From assembly GCA_000182565.2 (NCBI GenBank), contig KQ257452.1: 64,000 bases of DNA; one strand, 5' to 3'. Under the pieces are notes generated by a model, which saw only the letters and a program-made list of their open reading frames with translations, ran no database searches and was not told the DNA's origin. This document shows, in pieces, positions 37,513 through 50,806 of the stretch. A program made the position numbers and the translations under genes. Source of the DNA: Spizellomyces punctatus DAOM BR117. Its lineage: Eukaryota. Positions within the stretch are counted from its first letter, which is position 1. Each line of letters starts with the position of its first letter.

Positions 37513-39069
37513 GGTGAAGCGCAGCTCCAATTGCTCGTAGTCGTTTGCAGTTGTGTGTGCGTGTATGTGTGTAATTAAGAGTATTGCAATGCTTCCGATA
37601 GTTTCGTATTGCGTAGATTCTATAGGTAAAACATGTAAAGAAAGGTGAGCCGGAACTGATGCGACGCGTAGGGATTTTTGACAGCCGACACCATTCTTAT
37701 AATCATGAAACGGGTCCATAGCCTAATCTCATCATCCAATAACAAATCCCCCAAAATAGCGAGAGAGAAAGAATAGTAGGAGCTATTTCTTGTCTCCCTT
37801 CCAAGTTGCATAGCTATTGCGCTCCATTTCCTGACGAGGCCCTCAAAGGGCGTGGCGTCCCTACGCCAAAATGCGGGCGTATCACAAAAACAGCTCCTAC
37901 TCCACCCCTGCTCCCCCCAACTGTCCAATATCTCTTTATCGTTTTGCATATCTAGGTATCAGGTATAGCATATACCTGGTTACCGCAGTTTATCCGGTCG
38001 TGTTGCGCAGTTGAGGAACAAGCACAGAGAGAGACACGGAAAGAGTGTGCGGGCTCGAGACAGGCAATGCGAGAAACTGCGAGAGCAATATACACACCGA
38101 GCATGCCCGATTCTTGTGCAAAACGCTACGAGTTGCCCTTTTTTATCCCTTCCAATTCCTCCATCCCGGCTTTTTGTAGTTGCCCAACAGATTACAGTAC
38201 CGATAACCCAAACACTTTAGGCCCTTTTTTTGCGAATATCACACGAGCGACATTTGCATCACATATCACTCTCGTACGTCATACACAATGTACAAAAGGA
38301 GCGGAACTCCCCTGGACGGTCCCTTTATTCCCCCCTCACCGGAGCGTGGCCACCGTGATTGCACACGACCAGCCGCACCAACCATTGCCAACAAAACCTA
38401 CCTTTTACTCTTGTTGTCCTCGTCCTCGTCGTCGTCGTGGTCGTCGTGATCGTTTCGTACGGAAGGCGCGTGTGGGGAAAAAAGTGTGAAATTCCTATTT
38501 AAACTGTTTCGCCCTCGTCAAGCGACGGGAAGCCAAACACGCGGATAAAATTACAAGCTTTTTGCTTTTGGGATGCAAATTGCATTTGAACCACTTTCAC
38601 ATATACAGATATGGAGGGCATGGATTCAATTGGAATGTGGATTGTGAAATTTATGTTGCTTTTTTTATTTTTACTATTGCAATTTTTATTTTAGATACAA
38701 CCTCGGTCAGGGACTTGGGGGATGGTGTGACGCTGTCACCATGCTTGCCCTATTCACATGCTTATGTCCCCAACCGATTGTATTTTTACCCGTTGTGTTC
38801 CATCTTGATGGACCCTTTTGCATTCGAGTGTGGCGATCGTGTTGGCGACGTACCAAGGGGTGTTGGCACCCGTGGCAAAGGGTGGAAGCCAATCAGATGC
38901 CTGGAGGGTGTGTGGGATGGATACTGATGTGGTGCATTCGAATGCAAAGAAGGAGGGGTCTACCATGGACTGCAGGGGTTTTGTGTGTTGCAGACTTGAC
39001 ACGGTGTCTCTCTAAAACCTCCGAATTTCCAATTGTTTGGCTACACGGACATGTGACAGAGCGTGTCCA
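37513..39069. repeat. Copy of window positions 1-1557
   Basis: Apparently identical sequence at offset 37512. Confidence 0.95.
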
Positions 39070-40568
39070 CCCTTTCCGGACACTTTTAGTGAATGGCGAA
39101 TGACACGATAATGACCGTACAACTACTAACTAGCTATCGGAATGCCATTTGCATACCATTTGCACGCCATGGGCAGCCATCGACAGCCATCGGCAAAGAC
39201 CGTATGAAAACAAGCAAAAAAAACCTCGTCTATACTCGCCAAGAACAATGCAAATCCCCCATTTTTTTGTCTCCATTGTCCACACGGAAAAAGAATTTGA
39301 GGATCGTCCATGCCAACATCTTGTCCATGGCTCTCGAACGGCGGTCAAACCACCCGAAATGGGCCGTTTTACTAAGCCCACTACTGAGCCACTGGCAAAA
39401 GTTAAAATTAAATGCGCGGGTGAGCTGTGCCAGTCTCGTGACCTTGCAAGGGTCCAATGAGTTCGATTCTGGGCTCCCGCATTTTTTGTTTTTGTTTTTT
39501 TCATGGCCGTCGTTGCCCTCGTTTTGTCGTCGTTTTGATTTTTTATTAGTATTTTTATTTGCATTTTGCAATGATGATCGGGTGAGTGATTTTGTATGAA
39601 TATTTTTGCTGATCTTTATTGGAGAGTGAAATTAGGGTGGGCCATGAGCAAGGGTTGGCCATGTATCGACTTTATTCCACAACGAGTCGATAATGGGCAT
39701 GAACAGCACAGTATTGGTTGCGAGTAATTAAAAGTTTTNNNNNNNNNNNNNNNNNNNNNNNNNNNNNNNNNNNNNNNNNNNNNNNNNNNNNNNNNNNNNN
39801 NNNNNNNNNNNNNNNNNNNNNNNNNNNNNNNNNNNNNNTCTCTAAAACCTCCGAATTTCCAATTGTTTGGCTACACGGACATGTGACAGAGCGTGTCCAC
39901 CCTTTCCGGACACTTTTAGTGAATGGCGAATGACACGATAATGACCGTACAACTACTAACTAGCTATCGGAATGCCATTTGCATACCATTTGCACGCCAT
40001 GGGCAGCCATCGACAGCCATCGGCAAAGACCGTATGAAAACAAGCAAAAAAAACCTCGTCTATACTCGCCAAGAACAATGCAAATCCCCCATTTTTTTGT
40101 CTCCATTGTCCACACGGAAAAAGAATTTGAGGATCGTCCATGCCAACATCTTGTCCATGGCTCTCGAACGGCGGTCAAACCACCCGAAATGGGCCGTTTT
40201 ACTAAGCCCACTACTGAGCCACTGGCAAAAGTTAAAATTAAATGCGCGGGTGAGCTGTGCCAGTCTCGTGACCTTGCAAGGGTCCAATGAGTTCGATTCT
40301 GGGCTCCCGCATTTTTTGTTTTTGTTTTTTTCATGGCCGTCGTTGCCCTCGTTTTGTCGTCGTTTTGATTTTTTATTAGTATTTTTATTTGCATTTTGCA
40401 ATGATGATCGGGTGAGTGATTTTGTATGAATATTTTTGCTGATCTTTATTGGAGAGTGAAATTAGGGTGGGCCATGAGCAAGGGTTGGCCATGTATCGAC
40501 TTTATTCCACAACGAGTCGATAATGGGCATGAACAGCACAGTATTGGTTGCGAGTAATTAAAAGTTTT
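39009..40568. repeat. 730-bp direct duplication (39009-39738 and 39839-40568) either side of a 100-N gap (39739-39838)
   Basis: Apparently identical sequence at offset 830; typical unmerged contig overlap. Confidence 0.95.
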
Positions 40569-41213
40569 TTGTTTTGATCAGCACTGGCATTTCTACGGCA
40601 GGAACGCCATAGCATTTGTATTGCGGCCGTTTGTTGCTTCAACTGGACAAAGTTTTTTTGTTTGCACCGGGATCTTGCAGCGAGTGATTATGGAGGTCAA
40701 GATTGTTTATCTGCAGGAATGCATTTGAACAATATTCCAAGTGTTGCAATGCCAAAAACGATTGCGACCTATTGAACGCCATGCACACCTGACAAGACTG
40801 TCGCCAGGTTTGCAAGCAAGGGTTTGTCGATATCGACTCTGCAGGTGTTGAAAGGGATCGTCCAAAGGGCGCAAAATGCCTGACTGTGGCTTTTGTCAAC
40901 CTTGACCTCTTGTTATTCCTTTGCGATGAGCAGTGTCAAGGTTTTGGAACAAGCCCACAATGTACTTGTACAAGGCTTCTTGTTGATACCTTGTTCATGC
41001 TGGAAGAAGGACTCGATATTCGAGACCCTACGGCAAGACTGTTCACGTAGGCGACGGTTCAGTTCCCGTCACAAACAATGATAGCAAACAACACTCTTGA
41101 TGAAAACAAAAATAATACTGTCTGTTTTTTTGGACGATACATTATACACACACACACGAACACACACACACATTCACTTAAAAAGTGTCACTGTAACATC
41201 TCAAGGGTATCTT

Positions 41214-44000
41214 TCAAAAGCCCACTACCTCTGGAGTATCAGCCAGTTCGCGCTTTTCCGGCGTGTAGATCAATTCTGGGTCAGGAGCCGGGAGGTCCTT
41301 TGGATCTTCGGGACGCTCTGGTACCTCGGGAACCGGATAATACGTCCATTCTCGAGCCTTGACTCGTTCAACACGTTGGGTGGGCTCAACAGCTTCCCGA
41401 GCTTGAATCCTCGTTAGAGGCTTTCCACCTTTCAAGTTCAACGGCGGCAACGTGGCAGCCTGGGTCGCTTGAACTGTTTTTGTAGCAGCGACGTTAAACG
41501 CTTTAAAGATACCCGCAAACTCGTAATCTTTCTGCGTAATCTGCGATGATGCATACAAGGGTCCTTTGACGCTGTTATCCCGGTTGATGCTCCACATGGC
41601 CAGTTCGGCCACCCAGATTGTTTGCTGGGCCCACGTCAGCAGCTGGGATGCATCTGCCGTTCTAAAGATCTCGCCTTGGACATCATTTTGACCAATCATG
41701 GGTGTCACGCCAATCTTTGTCGTTTTGAGACCTGCGGATTGAACTTGTATGTACGTTGCTTGAGCGGCTTGGATGGCATATCCTCCCATTCCGGTTGCTC
41801 CGTTAGGTGCAGCTGCTGGGCCATAGTCCATGGCCATAATGTTGACAACGTCAACGCGGACACCGTACTTGACCGCCGATTGTAAGAGGTAGACTCCGTC
41901 GGCTGTAATGCCTGTCGGAAGAACGGGTAGCGTGTACGACACAAGAAGCTTTGGATTAGCTTTTTGGAGACCAGCAATGGCTTGGTTGCGGCGGTCAATA
42001 GAAGCCTTGTTCCCCAATGCACCACCCTCGATATCGAAATCGACCCAGGTGACCTGGTACGTATCAATTACAGACTGGTATTTGGCTTGCAATTGGGTTG
42101 CGTCCGTGACGCTCAGAGCTAGTTCGGTACCTACAATGACCATGGTGAGTTCCGTTCTCAATATCGAGGATTCGAAAACAAAACTCTACAAACATACCCG
42201 TAGCACCTCCAAAAGAAATAATGGCATCTCCACCAAGAGCACGCAACTTTGTCAATATATCCAAATAGAATTTATCTGACCATTTGGTCACCCCACCCCA
42301 TGCGGGGTTCTTGGCCGAATCAGCCGTGATAAATGCCAAAGTGTAGTACAGCGAACCTGTCTTTTGGGCGACTGCCGAGACGTCCAATGTGGGCCACAGC
42401 AGTACATCCACGTATGGAGCAAATGTTTTGGCGCCCCATCCGGATGCTGCTGGAGGAGGGGTCGTTGGCGGTGTCGGCACAACAACTGCCGTCGTTGCTG
42501 CTGCTGTCGTCTGGCAAGTCGTTGATGCGCCAGGTTGACCGCCAACAATCACACCACCCTCAAACGCAACAAGCGTCTTTACAAAATCGTAATCATTCTG
42601 CTTTAACTGACTGGAAGCATACAGCGGTCCAGCTTTAGAGGTATCACGGTTGACACTCCACATGGAAATCTCGGCTACCCAGCTGACACTTTTGGCCCAA
42701 TCAACCAGCTGCTTGGCGTCTTCTAACCGGAATACTTCCCCTGCTACATCATTTTGCCCAATCATTGGCGTCACTCCGATTTTAGAAGTCGTGAGACCGG
42801 CGGCTTGGGCTTGGGCGTAGGTTGCTTGGGCTGCCGAAATGGCGTACCCGCCCATACCCGTAGCACCATTAGGCGCGACGCCGGATCCATAATCCATTGC
42901 CATGATATTAACGACTAGAGAATCGCATTGAGATGGTCAACCCACCATGCATACTTGTTTGAATTTCACGAGCGCAACAGTACAACTCACCATCAACCCG
43001 AACCCCATACTTTACAGCACTCTTCAACAAGTAGACGCCATCGTCCGTTAAACCGTTAGGCAAAACAGGGAGGGTATAGCTAACCAGCAATTTTGGGTTA
43101 GCCTTTTGAAGCCCTGCTATCGCCTGGTTACGTCTATCAACAGATGCTTTATCGAGTAGGGAAGGTCCTTCAATGTCAAAATCGGCCCAGGTGAGTTGGT
43201 ACTTGTTGATGACAGCTTGGTATCTCGATTGGAGGGTGGCAACGTCTGCTACGGCTGCCGCAAGCTCTTGGCCTGGCAGAAATTATCATATTGCAAATCA
43301 ACTAAACAGTCATCTTGATATAACGGGAAAGAAACAAAAACGGAAAACATACCAATGGCACCTCCAAAAGAAATAATCACATCTCCTCCCATCCCTCTCA
43401 ACTTGGACACAATATCCAAATAGAATCCGCTACTGACAGGCGTAACACCCCCCCATGCTGGATTACCGGCAGTATCCGCAAACACAAAGGCCAAGGTATA
43501 ATGCGTCACTCCAGTCGTCTGCGCCACGGCAGATACATCCAGAGTCGGCCAAAGAAGAATATCAACATACGGCGCAAAGGTCCGTGAAGACCAAGCTGTA
43601 CCCGGTGGCACTGTAGTTCCTGTTGTCCCGGACACGACCCCACCAGGGACGACAACACCTCCAGCGGAACTACCATCCAAAGCACCAACAAGCTCCCAAA
43701 GCACCGCACAGCAACCAGGGTACCAATCCGCTTGACTAATGTGGTTGGCGACAACCCGGTACCGCAGTCCCTGGTAATCAACAATCTGACCTGCCGTGTA
43801 CTGCACTCCAACCGAAAACGTGTAATCTGAACCAACCCATAACATTCAATATCCATCTTGTCTTTACTTGAACACACACATACACAACACTTACCCCCAT
43901 TGGCAGCCTTGGCAGGTTGAGCCGCCGGCGCACCAACCACCAACCCAATACACGCCAACAACCCCACCCAACTCATAAATAAGCATTTAGAAACCTTCAT
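41214..44000 (-). CDS. Secreted chitinase: signal peptide, CBM5/12-like module and two tandem GH18 domains
   Basis: Hydrophobic N-terminus; YTAGQIVDYQGLRY...W; two copies of FAPYVD...YTLAF...ISFGG...DFDIEG...MAMDYG...TPMIGQND...MWS.NRD. Confidence 0.9.
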
Positions 44001-45117
44001 CGCAATTCAAAACTACCGCCAAAAAAAAACTTGACATCAATAAAAAAAAAACACATACAATAAAACCATCCAAAGCACCCAAAAAGAACTCACACACTCG
44101 CAGAACCAAAAGAAAACAGCCAAAAACAGCATGCTATGCACAATTCAACTGGTCTTTTATATCCCATTCCAGCTTACGTCACCGACCCCTCATGAAATCG
44201 CCAAGCACTTTAAAAAAACGCAAGGGAAAAAACACAATCAATGCCCGATGTGGGCCAGGAACAATCTTGAATAGAACATGCAAAACCGGGCAAAATCATA
44301 AAATCACCAGCTGGAAAAACCTTACGCGTCTCCTTCGGGGGTTTACTGGTCATGACTGTTTTTTTGGCTCAAGGTCGATATCGGTGTTAGGTGTAGGTGA
44401 CCATTGTCTCTGCAAGTAGGATTCACCCGTCGGAGTTGATTACATAATAATATGTGGCTGTGCTGCTGGATAAACCTTATAGTGTCATGTAGTGGAGTTT
44501 TTCAATGCTATTCGTGGTTGACTGTCATTTGTTTGTTTGTCGCTTGGAGCATGGATAGTGAGACTGTGCATTGCTAAAGTCATGCTTCTATTTGAAAAGA
44601 TGTACTGTGTGTACGTAAAAGTGGGATATTGGAATGGATGTCCAGATTGTTAGGTATCTCGTGGAGGTAGAGCGTGAGGGCAATGTACCGCACCATCAAA
44701 ACATGAAGCGATAAAAGATGTAGGATCCAACGTTCACGTATTCTGCATTTCATGTACGGGATTCAGTCTCGCATTTTTCTCGGGTGCCTGTGCATCACTA
44801 GGGTCGCTTTTAACATGTTGGCATACATCAAGGTTCATCGAAAATCAGACATGTGCTTGGCAGCCGATACTTTGTCGATATATGTGGTGAACCGCATAAA
44901 GATGAAAAGAAGAGCATACACTGCAAAACATCCTTACGCCATAATGCGTACCACCTGGCCAAAACATACCATATGCCAAACGAAACAACATTCCATATTA
45001 CAATACAATAAACAACACTCTAACACCATAATCTACATATACTCTACCGCCCTCACAAAGACCACGTCCAGAATCTCATCAGCAAAGCGCAGATCACCCA
45101 AAAACATACGCACCCTT

Positions 45118-45638
45118 CAACCCCGACACAGGAATCCAAACCCCAAATAACCCAATATAATCCGAACGTTTATTCCCAGCCATTGATAAAACTCCGTAAT
45201 TCTTAACAGTTGGTTGACCTACAAAATGCAACGGCCAAAATTTTAGTACCCACTCAAAGGAAATAAAAATACTTTTGAAAAAACGTTACCAGAAAAAACA
45301 TGTCGAGCACGGCTCCAGAATGTCGGTTCGGGACCAGGAAAAGAGCAAGGATTGGTTGCGTACGCTAGGACCAACAATCCTACAATCAAGAAAACCGCAA
45401 AAACAAATCGCAATGTCGGTTGTGAGAATTGGGATAGGGATTGGGGAGGTGAGGGTTGCTTTGACTCTATTTCGGGAGCTTCTTGAACGCTTTTGGGACG
45501 GGGTTCTGACCGTTTGGCTGTTCGAGGGAGGGGTGGGCGGGCGAATGTTGACATTTTGCTTGGTATATCCTCGAGTTCAAATCGTTCAATTGATTCTTTA
45601 GTGAGGGTTTGCGAGACTTGATGTTTGAATGAGGACAA
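45118..45638 (-). CDS. Hypothetical small membrane protein
   Basis: ORF with one hydrophobic stretch (FVFAVFLIVGLLVLAYA) and a likely 3' intron; start unresolved. Confidence 0.4.
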
Positions 45639-46379
45639 AGACTTCCCCCTCCATCCCTCTTTTATAACCCTTCGTTACTACATCCATCCGCAATGGCGGC
45701 ATTCCCCTCAACATCATAGGATCCCTCCAGATTTTGCCAGCTCCAATGTACTCATCGGCAGGTCTTATGATTTGGTGGATACAGTCTCATACGGAGCTGT
45801 CAAAATCAATGATACGGAGACTGCTCTAGCAAGAAATGAAGCCCCAAAATACGACCTGTCAAAAAAGTCGTCATTGTATCCCGAGAAACGTGCCATGTTG
45901 AGAAGAAGCTCCCTTTTCCGGCATGTAGCTCTGATTGAGCGTTTTTGTCCTGATTTTTTCTTTTTGCCCTTATACACTGCATTCTAATCTGTATGGCTTT
46001 GGTGGAGCTTTCTGCCGTCCAGCTTCTTTTCCTTGTACAAACTGTAGACAGAGAAAGCTCAAGGTGCGGCTGACTCTCAATGGGCGCTGCCGAGAAGAGC
46101 AGCACATGTCATTATGGAATGGGGAGAGTAATTGGTAGCGCGAGGACGGAGCACAGCAGTCAAAAGTCCCTCATGTTCAGACATCTCATTGTCTTCAGTT
46201 TCATTTTCAGCTACACAACGCTTTTTGCTCTGACGTATGTACATCCTAGCGCACAGCAACCGTTGGAATCTACAATCAATCTTTCAAGATTACCCAAACA
46301 CTTGTTCTGAAAGTTTTCACTCCGTTTCCTGACTTTGTCCATGATGCTTCCGCACAAAGCTTTGGCCATGTCAACGTGA

Positions 46380-48240
46380 TTTTCTCATGTTCTTCGCATG
46401 CCTTGAGAAACTTCCGTTGCTTTTTCTGCTCGTCATAAAACTGTTCTTTCAGGAAATCAGGACTGTGTTCGTCCTAGACCGGGGATATCTTTGCACAAGC
46501 TGCTCGTGTACATCTGACACATTGCTGGATGCTTTGCAGTTGTCTGGGTGTGCAGCAAGAATCTTGTCAGTAAACCCATAGTACCGGAGGAAAAAGTTAT
46601 AACCTTAATAATGAACGAGACGGAAATGACAAGTAAGCACCATTGCTCCCAAAAACCCTGAAGTTTTTGTGCTTTCAGCGGTTCCTCACAAAGGAGCCCT
46701 AGAAAGATATCCGGCGGATATTTCCCGGTGTCTCGGACACGTGCGAGAGGCATGCCCTAACGGGAACGACCACCGTGCCAGGGGTGATGAGTCTGCCCAA
46801 CTGGCATTAAGCACAGAAGAGAAGCCATCCTCCCGAACCACCGAACCACGAAAAGCAATAAGGAGTAACTACGTAAACCACCATCCGGCGGATGTGTTCC
46901 AATAGTTGGACACGTGCGAGAGGCATGCCCTAACGGGAACGACCACCGTGCCAGGGGTGATGAGTCTGCCCTACTGGCTTATATAAGCACAGAAGAGAAG
47001 CCATCCTCCCACGCAACCTTTCGGTTGCATCATCTCCTTACTGCTCCAAAACTTCAGGGCCACACGATTTAACAGGGAAGGACTTACCGACTGTCTTCTA
47101 CATAGCGCCACTTGCTCCCAAAGAGGTCTCGCTCCCGATGAGAAAGGTGCTGTTCTCGATAAATGGGCCGTCTCTGGTCTGGGCTGACCTACAAGGTTAC
47201 ACCAAACATAGACACATTCGGGAATTCGTTAGATAAAAGAACCATACATCCTGAAGTTTTTGTGCTTCGGCCGTTCCTCACAAAGGAGCCCTAGAAAGAT
47301 ATCCGCCGATATTTCCCGGAGTCTCGGACACGTGGGAGAAGCACACCCTACCGGGAACGACCACCGTGCCAGGGGTGACTGAGTCTGCTCAACTGGCAAA
47401 CGCACAGATGAGGAGCCGTCCTCCCGAACCACCGAAGCACGAAAAGCAATAAGGAGTAACTACGTAAACCACCATCCCGCCGGATGTGTTCCAATAGTCG
47501 GACACGTGCGAGAGGCACACCCTACCGGGAACGACCACCGTGCCAGGGGTGACTGAGTCTGCTCAACTGGCTTATTTAAGCACAGAAGAGGAGCCGTCCT
47601 CCCACGCAACCTTTCGGTTGCATCATCTCCTTACTGCCCCAAAACTTCAGGGCCACAAGATTTACAGGAAAGCACTTACCGACTGTCTTTTACGTAACAC
47701 CATTGCTTCCAAAGACGAACAAGTTATACTCCTAATAATGGACGAGACGGGAATGACAAGTTAGCACCTGCTCCCAAAAACCCTGAAGTTTCTGTGCTTT
47801 GGCGGTTCCTCACAAAGGAGCCCTAGAAAGATATCCGCCGGATATTTCCCGGTGTCTCGGACACGTGCGAGAGGCATGCCCTAACGGGAACGACCACCGT
47901 GCCAGGGGTGATGAGTCTGCCCATCTGGCACAAGGACAGATGAGAAGCCATCCTCCCACGCAACCTTTGGGTTGCATCATCTCCTTACTGCCCCAAAACT
48001 TCAGGGCCAAAAATATCTCACAGGAACACACTTACCCTCTGTTTTTTTCGGTTTCCTCAAGAGATCGACTGCGCTTCGGATTTCCTTCCTGGTCGGCAAT
48101 TGACTCAACAACTCTCTATGCGCAATGTTGTTGAGCTCACAGTACTCTTTCCATGAGCCTGTGGGATTCTCATGGATAAAGGTGGTGATGTCCATCAACG
48201 AGAAGTCTTTGAGTAATTCCTGGAAGATGGTTGCGGACAT
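46380..48240 (-). pseudogene. Possible gene or pseudogene hosting the repeat array in its introns
   Basis: Exon MSATIFQELL...KPKKTE ends at a GTAAGT donor (48035); downstream frames contain stops. Lower boundary approximate. Confidence 0.35.
46656..48006. repeat. Three tandem hairpin-rich elements (46656-47059, 47250-47652, 47781-48006) holding five copies of an approximately 100-nt core
   Basis: Each element is bounded by (C)CCTGAAGTTT...AAACTTCAGGG; cores start at 46735, 46908, 47326, 47500 and 47859. Confidence 0.9.
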
Positions 48241-49686
48241 CTTTTAGATGGCGAGCGCGTGGGAAGACTTTCGTGCTGCGCGGGACTTTATAGCCGTGAT
48301 TTAGAAACATGATGTGCTGGTTTCAATGCATTAATTCAAATAAATGCACCAGTCACTGCCCCGTTTTCCCAGTCACGTGATATCTATCATTGGAGGATGA
48401 TTGAAGTGTGCTTCAAAACAAACCAACAATGTTTTGGACTTTTGTATCATCCTCTTGAAGCAAACCACAAGAGATAATGACATGAATCCTACAACAGAAT
48501 GGATTGGATGAGACGATATATGGATATGGGTCCATCTGGCAACATGCGATGACTTTATATTTGCCGGACGGTTTGCTTGACCAAGATGCGTTCAAGAGAG
48601 CCACGTCCCGATAGGTATATTCCTGGCGTATCTGTCTCTCTGCTAGACTCTTCCCAGTTGCAGGCGTAAGGTTGGCTTGTCAGTCTGCTCAATGACAAAA
48701 AAATAATGCAGCAAGAAAAAGCAAACTGTCAGATTTCCTCGCCGCATTGTCATATTTCAGTCTGCTCCGCATCCCATACCCAAAAATACCACTGTGGAAT
48801 GCCACAGAACATATTGCATAACAATTGAATAATAACCTCCATGCTAATATATTTTATGCGAGTATGGGCCGATTGTCAACAAGAAAAAGAACACGTTTTT
48901 TCATTAAAAATCCCATCATCCAGAAACCAGATTGTGATATTGCATTTATACGGAGAGAAACGGGCGATGTTATAGGAGCGGATGGCAATACATGTTCATG
49001 GGTTTCCAGTTGGGCACATCGTCCCTAGGTATATCGATTGTAATTGCACACTACATCAAAACTCATTCCTTTCAGAAAACGGTGATTCCACATAGCTGGG
49101 AGAAACTTGTCCGCCATGCAATCTTCCAAATCTGCTTAAAGAACAAAACCTTTATCGAAATCTCTCAGTTTACACTACTACAGGACAAAGACCAACGTTC
49201 TATTGCAACAGTATGGATACAAGGTCCTCCACATCAAATCAGGCACCCATCCGATAGAAGCAAACCTTGATTCTATCCTTGGACAGATAGATTCCTTGAG
49301 AGCGAAGCCATGGTCTAAGAGATAACCCTCTGCATGCTTTAAATCTGTTATTTCAGAGTATTCAAACAAAGTTTTGCAGTTAGATTTCTAAACACGATTC
49401 CATTCATATAGAAGTGTTCGTAAACATTCCACTGCGGCTCTTGACAAGTTGGTGGGGCAAAGACCTACGTGGCGATCATCCCATGCGTCCCAAGCATTTC
49501 CATGAACTCTGCAGGAATAGATTAGATGCTCAGTGGAAGCATTTATCAAGATATAGATGTAAAAAAGAGAATGAGACACCTGAGGATGTCCACACCACAT
49601 AGAGTATTAGCTAGTACCCACCCCATCACGAATATAAGTTATAAAACCAAATAAAAAAATGCAACCAAAAATAAGCCTTGAGCTCC

Positions 49687-50370
49687 CTACCGCCCGTCCC
49701 CTCCAACTCCCACATTCCCATTATGAGATCCTACCCAGACGGTTTCCCAAGATTTGCGTTTGGACTGCTTTCCTATACTAAAATGCGACAGAATACTGGC
49801 AATTCGGTCTACTGCTCTCCTTTGAGAGGTCGCGGTGCGTTCCTTGGATTTTTGATCCAAGCAATCACTCAACCCCGCGGAGCCAAGCGCTTCCGCATAC
49901 GATGCCTCAAAAGTATCTTCATAGTCTTCGGCATCCATACTGGCAATAGAAGCCCTTTCCTCCCGATCCCGTTCCATTTCATACACAGACGGTAAACTCA
50001 AATCTGCGGGTGTTTTCTCCATCGTGATTCCCCCACCATACCCCATATTCAGCGCGTCCTCCCATTCCTCCCATTGATGCTCTCCTTCGCGCGTTCGCCA
50101 ATCAGATTGAACGTCTACGGCGTCCCAGACTTTGTCTGTCTCTTCTAGCGAGGCTTCTTCATAGGCGCTTGGGAGAAAGTCTTGAAACGCCGAAGAGGAG
50201 GAACTAGATGATGACGCGGGTGACGACTTTGTCGAAGAGGAGGCGAGAGAGGAGAGGGAGGGGAGAACCCATGACGGGCGCTTGTGGAGAAGGGTGGAGA
50301 GAATCGAACGTTTCGGTCGTTTGGAGTGTTGGCGTGGGGAGGGTGATGAGTACGGTGTCTGCCGGTTCAT
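49687..50370 (-). CDS. Hypothetical protein
   Basis: 227-aa ATG-initiated ORF, Ser-rich and acidic. Confidence 0.55.
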   Translation of the reverse strand: MNRQTPYSSPSPRQHSKRPKRSILSTLLHKRPSWVLPSLSSLASSSTKSSPASSSSSSSSAFQDFLPSAYEEASLEETDKVWDAVDVQSDWRTREGEHQWEEWEDALNMGYGGGITMEKTPADLSLPSVYEMERDREERASIASMDAEDYEDTFEASYAEALGSAGLSDCLDQKSKERTATSQRRAVDRIASILSHFSIGKQSKRKSWETVWVGSHNGNVGVGGDGR

Positions 50371-50806
50371 GTTCCCTCGTTGCCGTCGTCGTCAGAAATT
50401 AACAAAAGTTAAAATACAAGGAAATGACACCCGATCATCAAAAATTCTTTACATGGCAATCGGACAGAATCGGGGAATCAAAAGATCCCTTTTGAGGGTC
50501 ACTTGAAAGTGTTCGACATGTGTGAGTGGCTTAGTGGCGTGTTTTACCTTATCACGTGAGGTTTCGGACATGTCACTCGACTCTTTGGTAAGCCTTTGGG
50601 TTTTACGTACAAGGCACACACGAGATGGGGGGACTTTACATTCATGAGGGCTCATCGGTCAACTTATGGCTGGATGGATGACAGAATAAGGTGACCAAGA
50701 CGTCAGATCCGTCACAATATAGCTGCTATATCACAAAAAAGTGAGAGGCCAGTCGCTGTTTCACACCCATCAGACCCATATCCTCGCCATTGTTATCCAA
50801 CTCACC

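Noticed and set aside
39009-40568. Tandem 730-bp duplication as a biological repeat
   Set aside because: Identical copies directly flank a 100-N gap, the usual signature of an unmerged contig overlap.
46656-48006. CRISPR array, hammerhead/HDV ribozyme, telomerase template or classical MITE
   Set aside because: No unique spacers; GTGATGAG lacks the CUGANGA plus GAAA core; CCCTAAC is only 7 nt and varies to CCCTACC; no target-site duplications.
48413-49602. Possible degraded gene
   Set aside because: Only short, stop-interrupted ORFs with no identifiable motif.
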